Part shown: one piece after another, positions 1 to 8,438 of the stretch
Numbering within the stretch: position 1 is the stretch's first letter
Layout: each line of letters opens with the position of its first letter
Source of the DNA: Chloroflexota bacterium
Lineage (GTDB): Bacteria > Chloroflexota > UBA11872 > VXNJ01
Direction of reading: 5' to 3'
DNA length: 64,000 nucleotides
Assembly: GCA_965261345.1 (NCBI GenBank)
Contig: OZ253449.1
Coordinates: 1,216,001 to 1,280,000 of the forward strand
Position numbers and translations under genes: made by a program
Notes under the pieces: generated by a model
Seen by the model: only the letters and a program-made list of their open reading frames with translations
What the model was told of the DNA's origin: nothing
Databases searched by the model: none

Positions 1-697
1 CCAGCCCGGCGGTTAACCCGACCGCCGCCAGGGCGGCGGTCGCGAGCAGGTGTGAGAGGCGGGTTAGCCAGAGCCCGGTGCCGATCGAAAAGCGGGCGGG
101 GATCGAATGCAGGCGCTGGGCGCGATCGACGGCTATGTCCTGGCAGGCGTAGATGATGTCGAACCCGGCTATCCAGAAGGTCATCGCCAGTGCCAGATAG
201 ACGCCGGGGAGATCGAGCCGTCCGGCAATTGCGATCCAGGCCCCGGCCACCGCGATCGAATCGGCCAGCCCCAGGATCCAGTGCCCCAGATAGGTAAATC
301 GCTTGGCGTAGGGGTAAAGCGTCACCACCAGGATCGCGACCGGTGAGAGCAGCAGGGCCAGCGGGTCAAGCAGCCAAGCGCAGACCACCAGCACGGCGTA
401 ACCGACCAGCATCAGGGCGCCCATCTCCAGGCGATGCATGGCGCCGCTGGGCAGGGCGCGATCGGCGGTGCGCGGGTTGGCGGCGTCGATCTTGGCGTCA
501 ATTAGCCGATTGGCCGCCATCGCCCCGGTGCGAGCGCCGACCATCGCTGCGGTAATTAGCAGGGCGTCGCCCCAGCCGGGCCAGCCAGCCCCGGCCAGCA
601 GCATCGCCGTGTAGGCAAAGGGGAGGGCAAAGATCGAGTGCTCGAACCGGATCGCCTCTCCATAGACGGCGACCTTACGGGCGGCGGTTGCGAGCAC
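1..697 (-). CDS. UbiA-family prenyltransferase (MqnP-like, menaquinone/futalosine pathway), 3' end runs off the window
   Basis: Not in the ORF track because it is truncated. Manual translation from GTG at 697 gives ...IRFEHSIFALPFAY...NRLIDAKIDAANPRTADRALPSG...YPYAKRF...GFDIIYACQD, with the UbiA NxxxDxxxD motif and hydrophobic helices. It lies downstream of a UbiD gene. Confidence 0.9.
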   Translation of the reverse strand, partial: MLATAARKVAVYGEAIRFEHSIFALPFAYTAMLLAGAGWPGWGDALLITAAMVGARTGAMAANRLIDAKIDAANPRTADRALPSGAMHRLEMGALMLVGYAVLVVCAWLLDPLALLLSPVAILVVTLYPYAKRFTYLGHWILGLADSIAVAGAWIAIAGRLDLPGVYLALAMTFWIAGFDIIYACQDIAVDRAQRLHSIPARFSIGTGLWLTRLSHLLATAALAAVGLTAGL

Positions 698-714
698 CGG
701 GACCGTCGCGGTGG

Positions 715-1401
715 CTAGGCTGGGGTTATCGGGGCCAGCGCGAAGATGACCGCGAAGGGCTTGCAGTAGATGATTACCGAGCCGATCGATTCGATATCCA
801 AGTCGGGTGGCAACGGGTAGTTCTGGTTACCGATGTTGCCCTTGAGCTTGCCCAATTCGGTGTATCCGGCAGCAACCAGGTCATCGTGGCCAAACGGGTT
901 CGGGTTGGGCGAGGTCAGCACCCGCAGGTCGGGGCCGTTGGTTACCTCGAATTCCTCAAACCGCAGGACCCGCGACCCATTGCCCAGATCGTAGATCGTG
1001 GCGATGCCGTCACCGCGGTGGAACAGATCACCATCGATGAATCCGCCGCTGGCCAACACAACCGGGTCGGGCGCCGGGGTTACCGGCGGAGTGCTGCCGG
1101 CCAGGTTTCGGTCCAGACCGGCGGCCGCCGGTTGGGCGATCGTCATGTCGGGCATCGGCTCCTCAACCGGATTGGTGAGCTGCGCCATCGTTTCCATTAC
1201 CACCTGGGCGTCGGCCGGGGCGATGTTGCCCGGGATCGTGGCCGTGGCCAGTTCAGGGAAGTCCTCATCGACTGTCTGGGAGATAAATAGCGGCGCGCCG
1301 AGCCACCAGGCCAGCCCGCCGGCCGGGGCGAATATGACCACCGCCACGATCAGGGCGATTAAGGGGTGGGCCTGGATTTTGACCCTTAGCATTTTGATCA
1401 C
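715..1401 (-). CDS. Membrane-anchored DM13-domain protein
   Basis: N-terminal TM helix and Pro/Ala linker, then G.ATIY..G.RVLRFEEFEVTNGPDLRV...LGKLKGNIGNQNYPLP..D....SVIIYC..F, typical of DM13. The start overlaps the ubiD stop (ATGA, 1398-1401). Confidence 0.85.
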   Translation of the reverse strand: MIKMLRVKIQAHPLIALIVAVVIFAPAGGLAWWLGAPLFISQTVDEDFPELATATIPGNIAPADAQVVMETMAQLTNPVEEPMPDMTIAQPAAAGLDRNLAGSTPPVTPAPDPVVLASGGFIDGDLFHRGDGIATIYDLGNGSRVLRFEEFEVTNGPDLRVLTSPNPNPFGHDDLVAAGYTELGKLKGNIGNQNYPLPPDLDIESIGSVIIYCKPFAVIFALAPITPA

Positions 1402-2852
1402 AGGCCGTATTCCTTCCAGCGGCTGTCAACCAACTCCACAATTTTGGGGTCCATGACGATATCGGGCGGCCAGCGCCGCCGATAGCCTTCAGATTCGAGC
1501 TTGATGGTGGCATCAATGCCGATCTTGCCAGCAATGTTGGGCTCGCGGGCGGCGTGGTCCAGCGTGTCGGTCGGGCCGGCCGATATCTCGATGTCATGGG
1601 CCGGATCGACGTTGTTGCCGACTCGCCAGAGCACCTCGCGCAGGTTCTGCACGTCGACGTTGGCATCGACGATGATCACGAACTTGGAAAACATGAGCTG
1701 GCCCAGGCCCCAGATCGCATGCATGACCTTGCGGGCATGGCCCGGGTAACGCTTGCGGATCGAAAAGATCGCCATATTGTGGAAGACCGAATCGTAGGGC
1801 AGGTGCATGTCGACCAGCTCGGGCACCATCAGGCGGACCAGCGGCAGGAACAACCGTTCGGTGGCCCCGCCCAGGAACCGATCCTCCTTCGGCGGGCGCC
1901 CGACGATGGTGGATATGTAGATCGGGTCGGCGCGCCGGGTAATGGCGGTAACGTGCAGCACCGGGTAGTCATCCTCAAGCGAATAGACCCCGGTATGGTC
2001 GCCAAACGGCCCTTCGCGGCGCAGCTCCGATGGGTCTATCCAGCCCTCGATTACGAATTCGCTGTTGGCGGGAACGTCGATGTCAACGGTCACCGCGGAA
2101 ATCATCGGGACCGGCTTTTGCCGCAGAAAACCGGCGAATACGGTCTCATCGATTCCCGGTGGAAGCGGAGCGGTGGCCGCATAAATCAGCGCCGGTTCGG
2201 CACCGATGGCAACCGCAACCTCCAGGCGTCGGGAACCCTGCGCCCGGTCAAAGTGCTCGGAACCGCCTTTGTGCAGCTGCCAGTGCATCCCCAGGGTTTT
2301 CTCGTCAAAGACCTGCAGCCGGTACATGCCGACGTTGCGCTTGCCGGTGACCGGGTCGTGGGTAAAAACCAGCGGCAGGGTGATGTAGCGTCCGCCATCG
2401 GCCGGCCAGCATTTCTGGATCGGCAGCTCCAGGAGCGAGGGATTGGTGGTCTCGACCACCTCCTGGGCGGGCCCGGACCGCACCCGGCGGGGTTGGATTC
2501 GAGCGACCTTGGCCAGGTCCCCCAGTGCCGCCAGCTTTGCCCGCAGGCCCCGCGGCGGGCCGGCTTGGACCAGGTCGAGGAGATCGCCGAGCCGATGCTC
2601 CAGATCACCCCACTCGTTAGCCCCTAGGGCCCAGGCGGTGCGCTGGGCCGATCCGAAGACATTGATCGCCAGGGGAAAGCTCGAACCCTTCACGTTTTCA
2701 AACAGGAGGGCTGGTCCGCCGCCGGGCTCGGCCATCACCCGGTCGGCGATCTCGGTTATCTCCAGCTCCGGATCGACCGGCACCTTGATGCGGCGCAGTT
2801 GGCCGGCTTTTTCTAGGTGGGCGAGAAAATCGCGCAGGCTGTCAAACCGCAT
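1398..2852 (-). CDS. UbiD-family decarboxylase (MqnL-like menaquinone biosynthesis decarboxylase)
   Basis: Motifs LRDFL, LEITEI, NVGMYRLQ, EGPFGDHTG, GRPPKED, DTLDHA and GKIGIDAT. Start moved to MRFDSL (ATG at 2852). Confidence 0.92.
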   Translation of the reverse strand: MRFDSLRDFLAHLEKAGQLRRIKVPVDPELEITEIADRVMAEPGGGPALLFENVKGSSFPLAINVFGSAQRTAWALGANEWGDLEHRLGDLLDLVQAGPPRGLRAKLAALGDLAKVARIQPRRVRSGPAQEVVETTNPSLLELPIQKCWPADGGRYITLPLVFTHDPVTGKRNVGMYRLQVFDEKTLGMHWQLHKGGSEHFDRAQGSRRLEVAVAIGAEPALIYAATAPLPPGIDETVFAGFLRQKPVPMISAVTVDIDVPANSEFVIEGWIDPSELRREGPFGDHTGVYSLEDDYPVLHVTAITRRADPIYISTIVGRPPKEDRFLGGATERLFLPLVRLMVPELVDMHLPYDSVFHNMAIFSIRKRYPGHARKVMHAIWGLGQLMFSKFVIIVDANVDVQNLREVLWRVGNNVDPAHDIEISAGPTDTLDHAAREPNIAGKIGIDATIKLESEGYRRRWPPDIVMDPKIVELVDSRWKEYGL

Positions 2853-2947
2853 CGGTCGGCCCCCTTTCGCCCGGGAAGTGCCGGGTGCGTCCGGATCGAT
2901 AAGGCCCATCCGGCTCGCGCCCAATCCTAGGAGGGAAAACGGCCAAG

Positions 2948-3736
2948 CTAGAACTCCTCCCAGGGCAGCTGCGAGAGGTCGTCGATTACCCAGTCGGGTG
3001 TGGCCGATCCCGCCGCCTCTGCGTCGGCGCGGGTGGCAACTCCGGTAAGGACCAGTACCGAACGGGCCCCCAGGGCCTTGGCCGCCCCGATGTCGGTTTC
3101 GAGGTTGTCGCCGACCAGTATCAGGTCGGCCGGCGCGGCCGCCTCGCGAGTGAGGATTTGGTCGAACATCCGGGGTGAGGGCTTGCCGACCACGATCGCC
3201 TCGGCCCCCGACGAGAAGGTCAGCGCACTGGCCAGTGCGCCGCCTCCGGGCAGCGACCCCGAGGACCAGGGAAACTCGCGATCGTTGGATGGGATTATCA
3301 GGCGGGCGCCGCCGTGGCGGAGCGCCCAGTGGGCGTGCGAGAGCGCCCTAAAGCTCAAATCGGCGTCGAGCGAGGCCACCACCGCATCGACCTCTCCCGA
3401 ATCTAGTGAACGGGTGGTGGCAATCCCGGCCCGCTCGATCTGGTCGGAGAGGTACTCGGTCCCCATTACCAGGGCGCGCCGGCAGGGCGGATCCAACTCG
3501 GCCAGGACCCAGGCAGTGGCGTCGGCGGCGCAAACGATCTGCTCGGGCCGCGCCGGGATCCCCATCCCCTCGAGGCGCCGGGCGATGGCCGCCGCCCCGT
3601 AGTGGGTGTTGTTGGTACCAAAGTAGACCGCCAGGCCATTCTGCGAGGCGCGCGCCACCGCCTCGCTGGCGTAATCGATCAGCGACGTTCCGCGGTAGAT
3701 TACCCCGTCCAGGTCAAACGAGATGATCTTGGACAT
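2948..3736 (-). CDS. HAD-superfamily subfamily IIA hydrolase (NagD/phosphoglycolate-phosphatase-like)
   Basis: Motifs DLDGV, TNN, GKPSP and VGDNLETDI. Confidence 0.9.
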   Translation of the reverse strand: MSKIISFDLDGVIYRGTSLIDYASEAVARASQNGLAVYFGTNNTHYGAAAIARRLEGMGIPARPEQIVCAADATAWVLAELDPPCRRALVMGTEYLSDQIERAGIATTRSLDSGEVDAVVASLDADLSFRALSHAHWALRHGGARLIIPSNDREFPWSSGSLPGGGALASALTFSSGAEAIVVGKPSPRMFDQILTREAAAPADLILVGDNLETDIGAAKALGARSVLVLTGVATRADAEAAGSATPDWVIDDLSQLPWEEF

Positions 3737-3773
3737 TTAACCGGCCGCAATTCTGTGGGCGCTGACCGCCCGG

Positions 3774-4763
3774 TCAGCTTGAGTAAACGCCGTTGACGAC
3801 GACATCGCGCGGCCAACTGCCGGAGAGAACATCAATCACGTTCTGGGCACCGTCGGTGATCATTCGCTCGACCGCCTCAGAGGAAACTCCGGCCACGTGC
3901 GGGGCCAGGATGACATTGTCGAGCCGGCACAGCGGGGAATCTTGCGACAGCGGCTCGACGTCGAAGACGTCAAGTCCGGCGCCGGCGATCTGGCCGGTCT
4001 GCAGGGCCTCGATTAGGGCCGATTCGTCGATCAGCTGGCCGCGTGCGGTGTTGACTACGATCGCGTTCGACTTCATCGCTGCGAATCGTTCGGCGTTGAG
4101 CAGATGGAATGTCGCGGGAGTGTTGGGGGCGTGCAGGGTGATCAGGTCGGCGCGCCGCACCAGGTCATCGATATCAGTGAGCTCGATACCCTGGGCGCTG
4201 AGAAATTGGGGATCCGGGAAAGTCTCGGTGGCGATTATGTTCATGCCAAAGGCCTTGGCGCGGAGCGCTACGCGGCGCCCGATTCGGCCCAGGCCAACGA
4301 TGCCGATGGTCTGGCCGAAGACATCATTGCCGGGCACCCGGGTAAAGGAGCCGTTGCGCACCGCCCGGTGATTTGCCGGCAGGCAACGCGAGAGCGCCAT
4401 CCCCAGGAGCATCGCGAACTCGGCAACTGTATCGGCGTTGGCGTGCGGCGTGATTGTGACCACCACCCCGTGCTCGGCTGCAGCCACGTGGTCGACGGCG
4501 TCATAGCCGACCCCGGTGCGGGAGATGACCTTCAGTTCCGGGCAGGCTTCGATGACCGTGCGGTTGACCGGTCCCCCGCCGACGATCAACCCGGCGGCCC
4601 CAGGCAGGATCTCCAGCAGGGTCTGGGTCACCTCTTCCTCGCTGGGAATCCCCACGTAGGGAGGCCCGTTGGCGTATTCATGGCCGCCGCCGGAAATGAC
4701 CAGCGAGAGACGGTCTACGGTTTCCTTGGTGGCGGAAGAGGAAAAGCCCAATACCTTGGCCAT
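3774..4763 (-). CDS. D-isomer-specific 2-hydroxyacid dehydrogenase (SerA/glyoxylate-hydroxypyruvate reductase-like, no ACT domain)
   Basis: Motifs GVGYD, GLGRIG, NTARG, LDVF..EP and PHVAG. Probable start MAKVLG (ATG 4763). Confidence 0.9.
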   Translation of the reverse strand: MAKVLGFSSSATKETVDRLSLVISGGGHEYANGPPYVGIPSEEEVTQTLLEILPGAAGLIVGGGPVNRTVIEACPELKVISRTGVGYDAVDHVAAAEHGVVVTITPHANADTVAEFAMLLGMALSRCLPANHRAVRNGSFTRVPGNDVFGQTIGIVGLGRIGRRVALRAKAFGMNIIATETFPDPQFLSAQGIELTDIDDLVRRADLITLHAPNTPATFHLLNAERFAAMKSNAIVVNTARGQLIDESALIEALQTGQIAGAGLDVFDVEPLSQDSPLCRLDNVILAPHVAGVSSEAVERMITDGAQNVIDVLSGSWPRDVVVNGVYSS

Positions 4764-4890
4764 GGGTGCTCCATATGGCGTGCGCGTGGTGCTAGCTTGA
4801 CCAACGCACAATAATTTCTGTTGACGGTAAGCTGCCCGAGCAGCTTCGTACCGCATTAATTCTCCCGTTCGATCGGCCTGCGTGGAACAG

Positions 4891-5820
4891 ATGAGCGCGA
4901 TTGCCGCGGCCATCGGGCCCAAAGACACCCAAGCGGCGCTGGCGATGCTGTCTGATCTTGAGGGCCGGGCCGACCTGGTCGAGCTGCGCTTGGACCTGAT
5001 GGAGAGCTTCAATCTGGAAACGTTGACCGCGGCCGGCCCCCGGTTGCTGGTTACCAACCGCGCCCGCGCCGAGGGCGGGATGGCCGACGGGAGCCGACAT
5101 GAACGGCTGCGACCGCTGCTGGCGGCGATCGACTTGGGCTGCGCCTACATCGACGTCGAGACCGACCTGGTCGAGCTGGTCCCCGACCGCGGCGCAACCG
5201 GGCTGGTCGTATCACAGCATGACTTCTCGTCCACCCCGCCCGATTTGCTGGCCCGCGCCCGGCATATGGAAACGCTGGGCGCCGATGTGGTCAAGCTGGC
5301 GGTAATGCCCACCGCGCCGCAGGATGCAATCGTACCGCTGGAACTGCTCAATCAGGCCCGGCAGCCGACGGTGGCGATCGCGATGGGGCCGCTGGGGCTG
5401 GTGAGCCGGGTGGCGGCGCTGCGGTTCGAAAACTGCGCCTTTACCTATGCAACCGCCGACGGCGACCGCGGAACCGCCCCCGGCCAGCTTTCGATCTCCC
5501 AGTTGCGCCGCGACTTTAGGGCCGATTCGATCTCGCCTGCCACCGCCCTGTTTGGTCTGTTCGGACCGGCCAGCAAGGCGATGTGGCTCGCCTGCCGGGT
5601 CAGTGCGCGCCTGGCGACCGCGGGCGTTGATGGGGTCTGCATCCCCTTGGCGACGCAGCTGAACACGCCCGCCGCACTGGTCCGCCTTGGCCGCGTTGGG
5701 TTTGCTGGATTCTGGGACGTGGGGCGATCCTGTTTTGCCCTCCGGCCGGACATCGAAAGCGCCCGCGCGGTCGATCCGGAAGAGGCCGCCGCCTGGTTTG
5801 CGCGGCTGGTGGGGCGCTAA
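4891..5820 (+). CDS. aroD: Type I 3-dehydroquinate dehydratase with a C-terminal degenerate shikimate-dehydrogenase-like segment
   Basis: Motifs ELRLD, TNR...EGG, YIDVE, SxHDF, DVVKLA, IAMG..G..SR and APGQ. About 95 extra C-terminal residues. Confidence 0.85.
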   Translation: MSAIAAAIGPKDTQAALAMLSDLEGRADLVELRLDLMESFNLETLTAAGPRLLVTNRARAEGGMADGSRHERLRPLLAAIDLGCAYIDVETDLVELVPDRGATGLVVSQHDFSSTPPDLLARARHMETLGADVVKLAVMPTAPQDAIVPLELLNQARQPTVAIAMGPLGLVSRVAALRFENCAFTYATADGDRGTAPGQLSISQLRRDFRADSISPATALFGLFGPASKAMWLACRVSARLATAGVDGVCIPLATQLNTPAALVRLGRVGFAGFWDVGRSCFALRPDIESARAVDPEEAAAWFARLVGR

Positions 5821-5906
5821 ATATTGCCCCCGCCGCCCGCCCCCGTTTGTCCGGGCGGTCAAAATTGGACAGGTCCCATCAGAAAAATTCCCGACCGCTA
5901 CCGCCG

Positions 5907-8438
5907 ATGATTTCTTTCGCGTCGAACTGGCGCCGGCTCCCGCTGCTGGCCCTGCTGGCCGCCCTGCTGGTGCTGGCCAGCCCGGCCCCGCCGGCCGCCG
6001 CACTGGGGGGCCCCGGCGAGCTGCCGGGAATCTGCGGATACGAAGCAGCGCTGCGCGCGGCGATCGAGGAGGCGCTTGGGATCGGGGTTAACCAGTGCGA
6101 CGAGGTCACCGAGGGGGACCTGGCCGAAATAACCGAACTGGTCCTCTCCGACCGGCAGATCAACCGGTTCGCGCCCGACCCCGGCCAGTTGGTCGGGTTC
6201 GACCCGTTTCTGCGCATCGACCTGCGCGACACCCAGCTGACCCTGGCCGACATCGACCCCGGCGCCATTCCGCTAACCGACGACGGCGATGACCTCTTCT
6301 ACACCCTGATCCTGGGCGGCGGCGGCTCCGCGAACGGGTTCGCCGCGAACCGCTACCTGGCCACCGAAGGCGAGCCGGTGCTGGTGGGAATTAACTGGGG
6401 TGATCGCCCCGATACGGGTACCCTGCGCGCCGCCAAACGGATTGACGGAGATCCTGGCGGCCAGATCTATTTCGCCCACCGCGTCTACTCTGAGCAGGAG
6501 GAGGCCGACAACCGCGACGATCTCGAATTCTTCCGCTGGATCGTTACCCGCGATGACGACCCCGCGGACGCCCAGTACGCGACTGTCCTGCCGATTCATG
6601 ACGACCGCGAGATCGAACGCGACCGGCAATCGGTTGAGGAGATCGAGATCGACCTGCTGGTTGTAACCGACGACCGCGGCGAGTTGGGATTGACCGAACC
6701 GACCCGCGCCGACGCGCTCTACCGGGACCGTGACGCCCCCTTGCGCGACTACGTAGATGACTACCTGGAGGGCTCCAGCGACCGCGAAAGCGCCGAGCTG
6801 ATCATTGCCGACAACGACGTCCCGGCCAGCCCGGTCTGCTCGCGCACGATCGTTGAACAGATCGAGGAGCTGCTTGACCTGAGCCGCTGCCAAGATATTT
6901 CGGCGAGGGACCTGGGGCGCGAACTGGATGAATTCGACCTTTCCGATTCGGGGCTCGAATCGCTGGCGGCGGGCGACCTGGGCGGCCTGACCGGGCTGGC
7001 CCGGTTGGACCTGTCGGGCAACGAGCTGGCAACCCTGCCGCGCGGGATCTTTAGCGACATTGGCGCCGCGCGGATAGAGGGTTACCCGGAGGCGCGCGAC
7101 CAGGAGGCTCTCATCGATCTGCGCGACAACCGCGGGGCCACCGGCCAGGGCTTCTATCACACCGACTTGCCCTCGCATGTGCTGGCCGACCTTAAGGAGC
7201 ACCAGCGAATCCAGCTCAACAGCGGGGCCGGACTGATCCGCGGATTCGACCGGCCCCGCTACCAGGTGGCCGAGGGCGGCACGCTGGCCTTCATCGTCCG
7301 CCTGGAGGGCCTGGATCGGCCGGCGATCGAGTTTCAGGTGCTGGCCACCGATACCGCCGAGGCCGATCCGACCGAGGATTCGGAGAGCTTTGATCTGCCC
7401 GGCCTGCTGCCCGGTCAGAACGAACCGACCGCCTATCGGCTCTATTCGACCGATGATGACAACGAGCGCCGCTTAACGGGCACCTTCGCGCTGGCGGTCG
7501 ACATACCCGAGGAGACGATCGACGATGGTCGCAACGATACCTTCACGATGCGCCTGGCAACCAGAGACGGGATCGGTTCGACGCAGGCGATTGCCAGGGT
7601 CACGATTCTTGACGGCGACGATCCGGTCGGTCCCGATCCCGGCCCGCCGCCGCCCGACCTGGGAACCTGGTTGGTTAAGGACGCCGATTTCATAGTCGAC
7701 GACAAAAACAAAACTCTGGCCCACAACGTTCCCGAACTGTCGGCCATAGTCGATGGCCAGGCCCTGGTTGCCGATTTCCTGGGCCACTACCGGCGCACCG
7801 GCGCAAAGACTCGCTGGGGGCTTCCGATCTCGGAGGTGCTGGTAGTTGAGAGCGGGACGCTGACCCAGTACTATCAACGCGGCGTCGTCGACTTCCACCG
7901 ACGGCCCGACCTGGGCGGGGCTTGGGTGATTGAGCGCCGCCTGGCTTGGGACTATTTCGGCGGCGGGGTCGATGGGTCGACCGACCTCGGGGTGGAGCTT
8001 GGCACCTTCAATCCCAACCCCGGGCAGCAGCTGGGTCCGTGGGGACACAAGGTGTCAAATCAGGCCGTCGACGGTACCCAGATCGGGTTTGCCGACTTCT
8101 TTGACAGGCTCGGCGGGGTCGATGCCTTCGGCTACCCCAAGACCGAGGCGCGGGTCGACTCCGGTCTCCCCGGCACGCTCTTCATACCGGCCGCCACCGC
8201 TGGCTTTATCCGTCAGTACTTCCAGGCCGCGGTGATGGAATTCCACCCCGACGGCCCCGGCGATCTGGTCAAGCTGCGGTTGCTTGGCGATGACCTGCGC
8301 AACCGGCAATTTCCCAACGCCTCATTTGCCGGCCTGACCCCATTCCAGGCCGCCACCCGGCTACCCAACGGCTCGTTCTTTATTCCTGAGGCGGTCAGCA
8401 CCACCGCCGCTGCGGCGTCCGACCCGAACGTGGGCTAG
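5907..8438 (+). CDS. Secreted/surface modular protein: Cys-capped LRR modules, Calx-beta-like domains and C-terminal LGFP-like repeats
   Basis: Signal peptide (WRRLPLLALLAALLVLASPAPPAAA); LRR segment LDLSGNELATLPRGIF; two C..R/Y...C..V...DL caps; two 'GF...Y.V.EG' beta-domain starts; Pro linker; two repeats WGLPISE...QYYQRG and GGVDAFGYPKTE...QYFQAA. Confidence 0.75.
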   Translation: MISFASNWRRLPLLALLAALLVLASPAPPAAALGGPGELPGICGYEAALRAAIEEALGIGVNQCDEVTEGDLAEITELVLSDRQINRFAPDPGQLVGFDPFLRIDLRDTQLTLADIDPGAIPLTDDGDDLFYTLILGGGGSANGFAANRYLATEGEPVLVGINWGDRPDTGTLRAAKRIDGDPGGQIYFAHRVYSEQEEADNRDDLEFFRWIVTRDDDPADAQYATVLPIHDDREIERDRQSVEEIEIDLLVVTDDRGELGLTEPTRADALYRDRDAPLRDYVDDYLEGSSDRESAELIIADNDVPASPVCSRTIVEQIEELLDLSRCQDISARDLGRELDEFDLSDSGLESLAAGDLGGLTGLARLDLSGNELATLPRGIFSDIGAARIEGYPEARDQEALIDLRDNRGATGQGFYHTDLPSHVLADLKEHQRIQLNSGAGLIRGFDRPRYQVAEGGTLAFIVRLEGLDRPAIEFQVLATDTAEADPTEDSESFDLPGLLPGQNEPTAYRLYSTDDDNERRLTGTFALAVDIPEETIDDGRNDTFTMRLATRDGIGSTQAIARVTILDGDDPVGPDPGPPPPDLGTWLVKDADFIVDDKNKTLAHNVPELSAIVDGQALVADFLGHYRRTGAKTRWGLPISEVLVVESGTLTQYYQRGVVDFHRRPDLGGAWVIERRLAWDYFGGGVDGSTDLGVELGTFNPNPGQQLGPWGHKVSNQAVDGTQIGFADFFDRLGGVDAFGYPKTEARVDSGLPGTLFIPAATAGFIRQYFQAAVMEFHPDGPGDLVKLRLLGDDLRNRQFPNASFAGLTPFQAATRLPNGSFFIPEAVSTTAAAASDPNVG

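Noticed and set aside
1554-2627. Long antisense ORFs opposite real genes (e.g. 1554-2627, 33084-34127, 43157-44245, 46802-48004, 60561-62036)
   Set aside because: Typical antisense shadows in high-GC3 coding DNA, with no recognisable motifs.
4829-4846. Inverted repeat AAGCTGC-CCGA-GCAGCTT in the divergent dehydrogenase/aroD spacer
   Set aside because: A single short palindrome with no second copy or cognate regulator in the window; not enough to call an operator.
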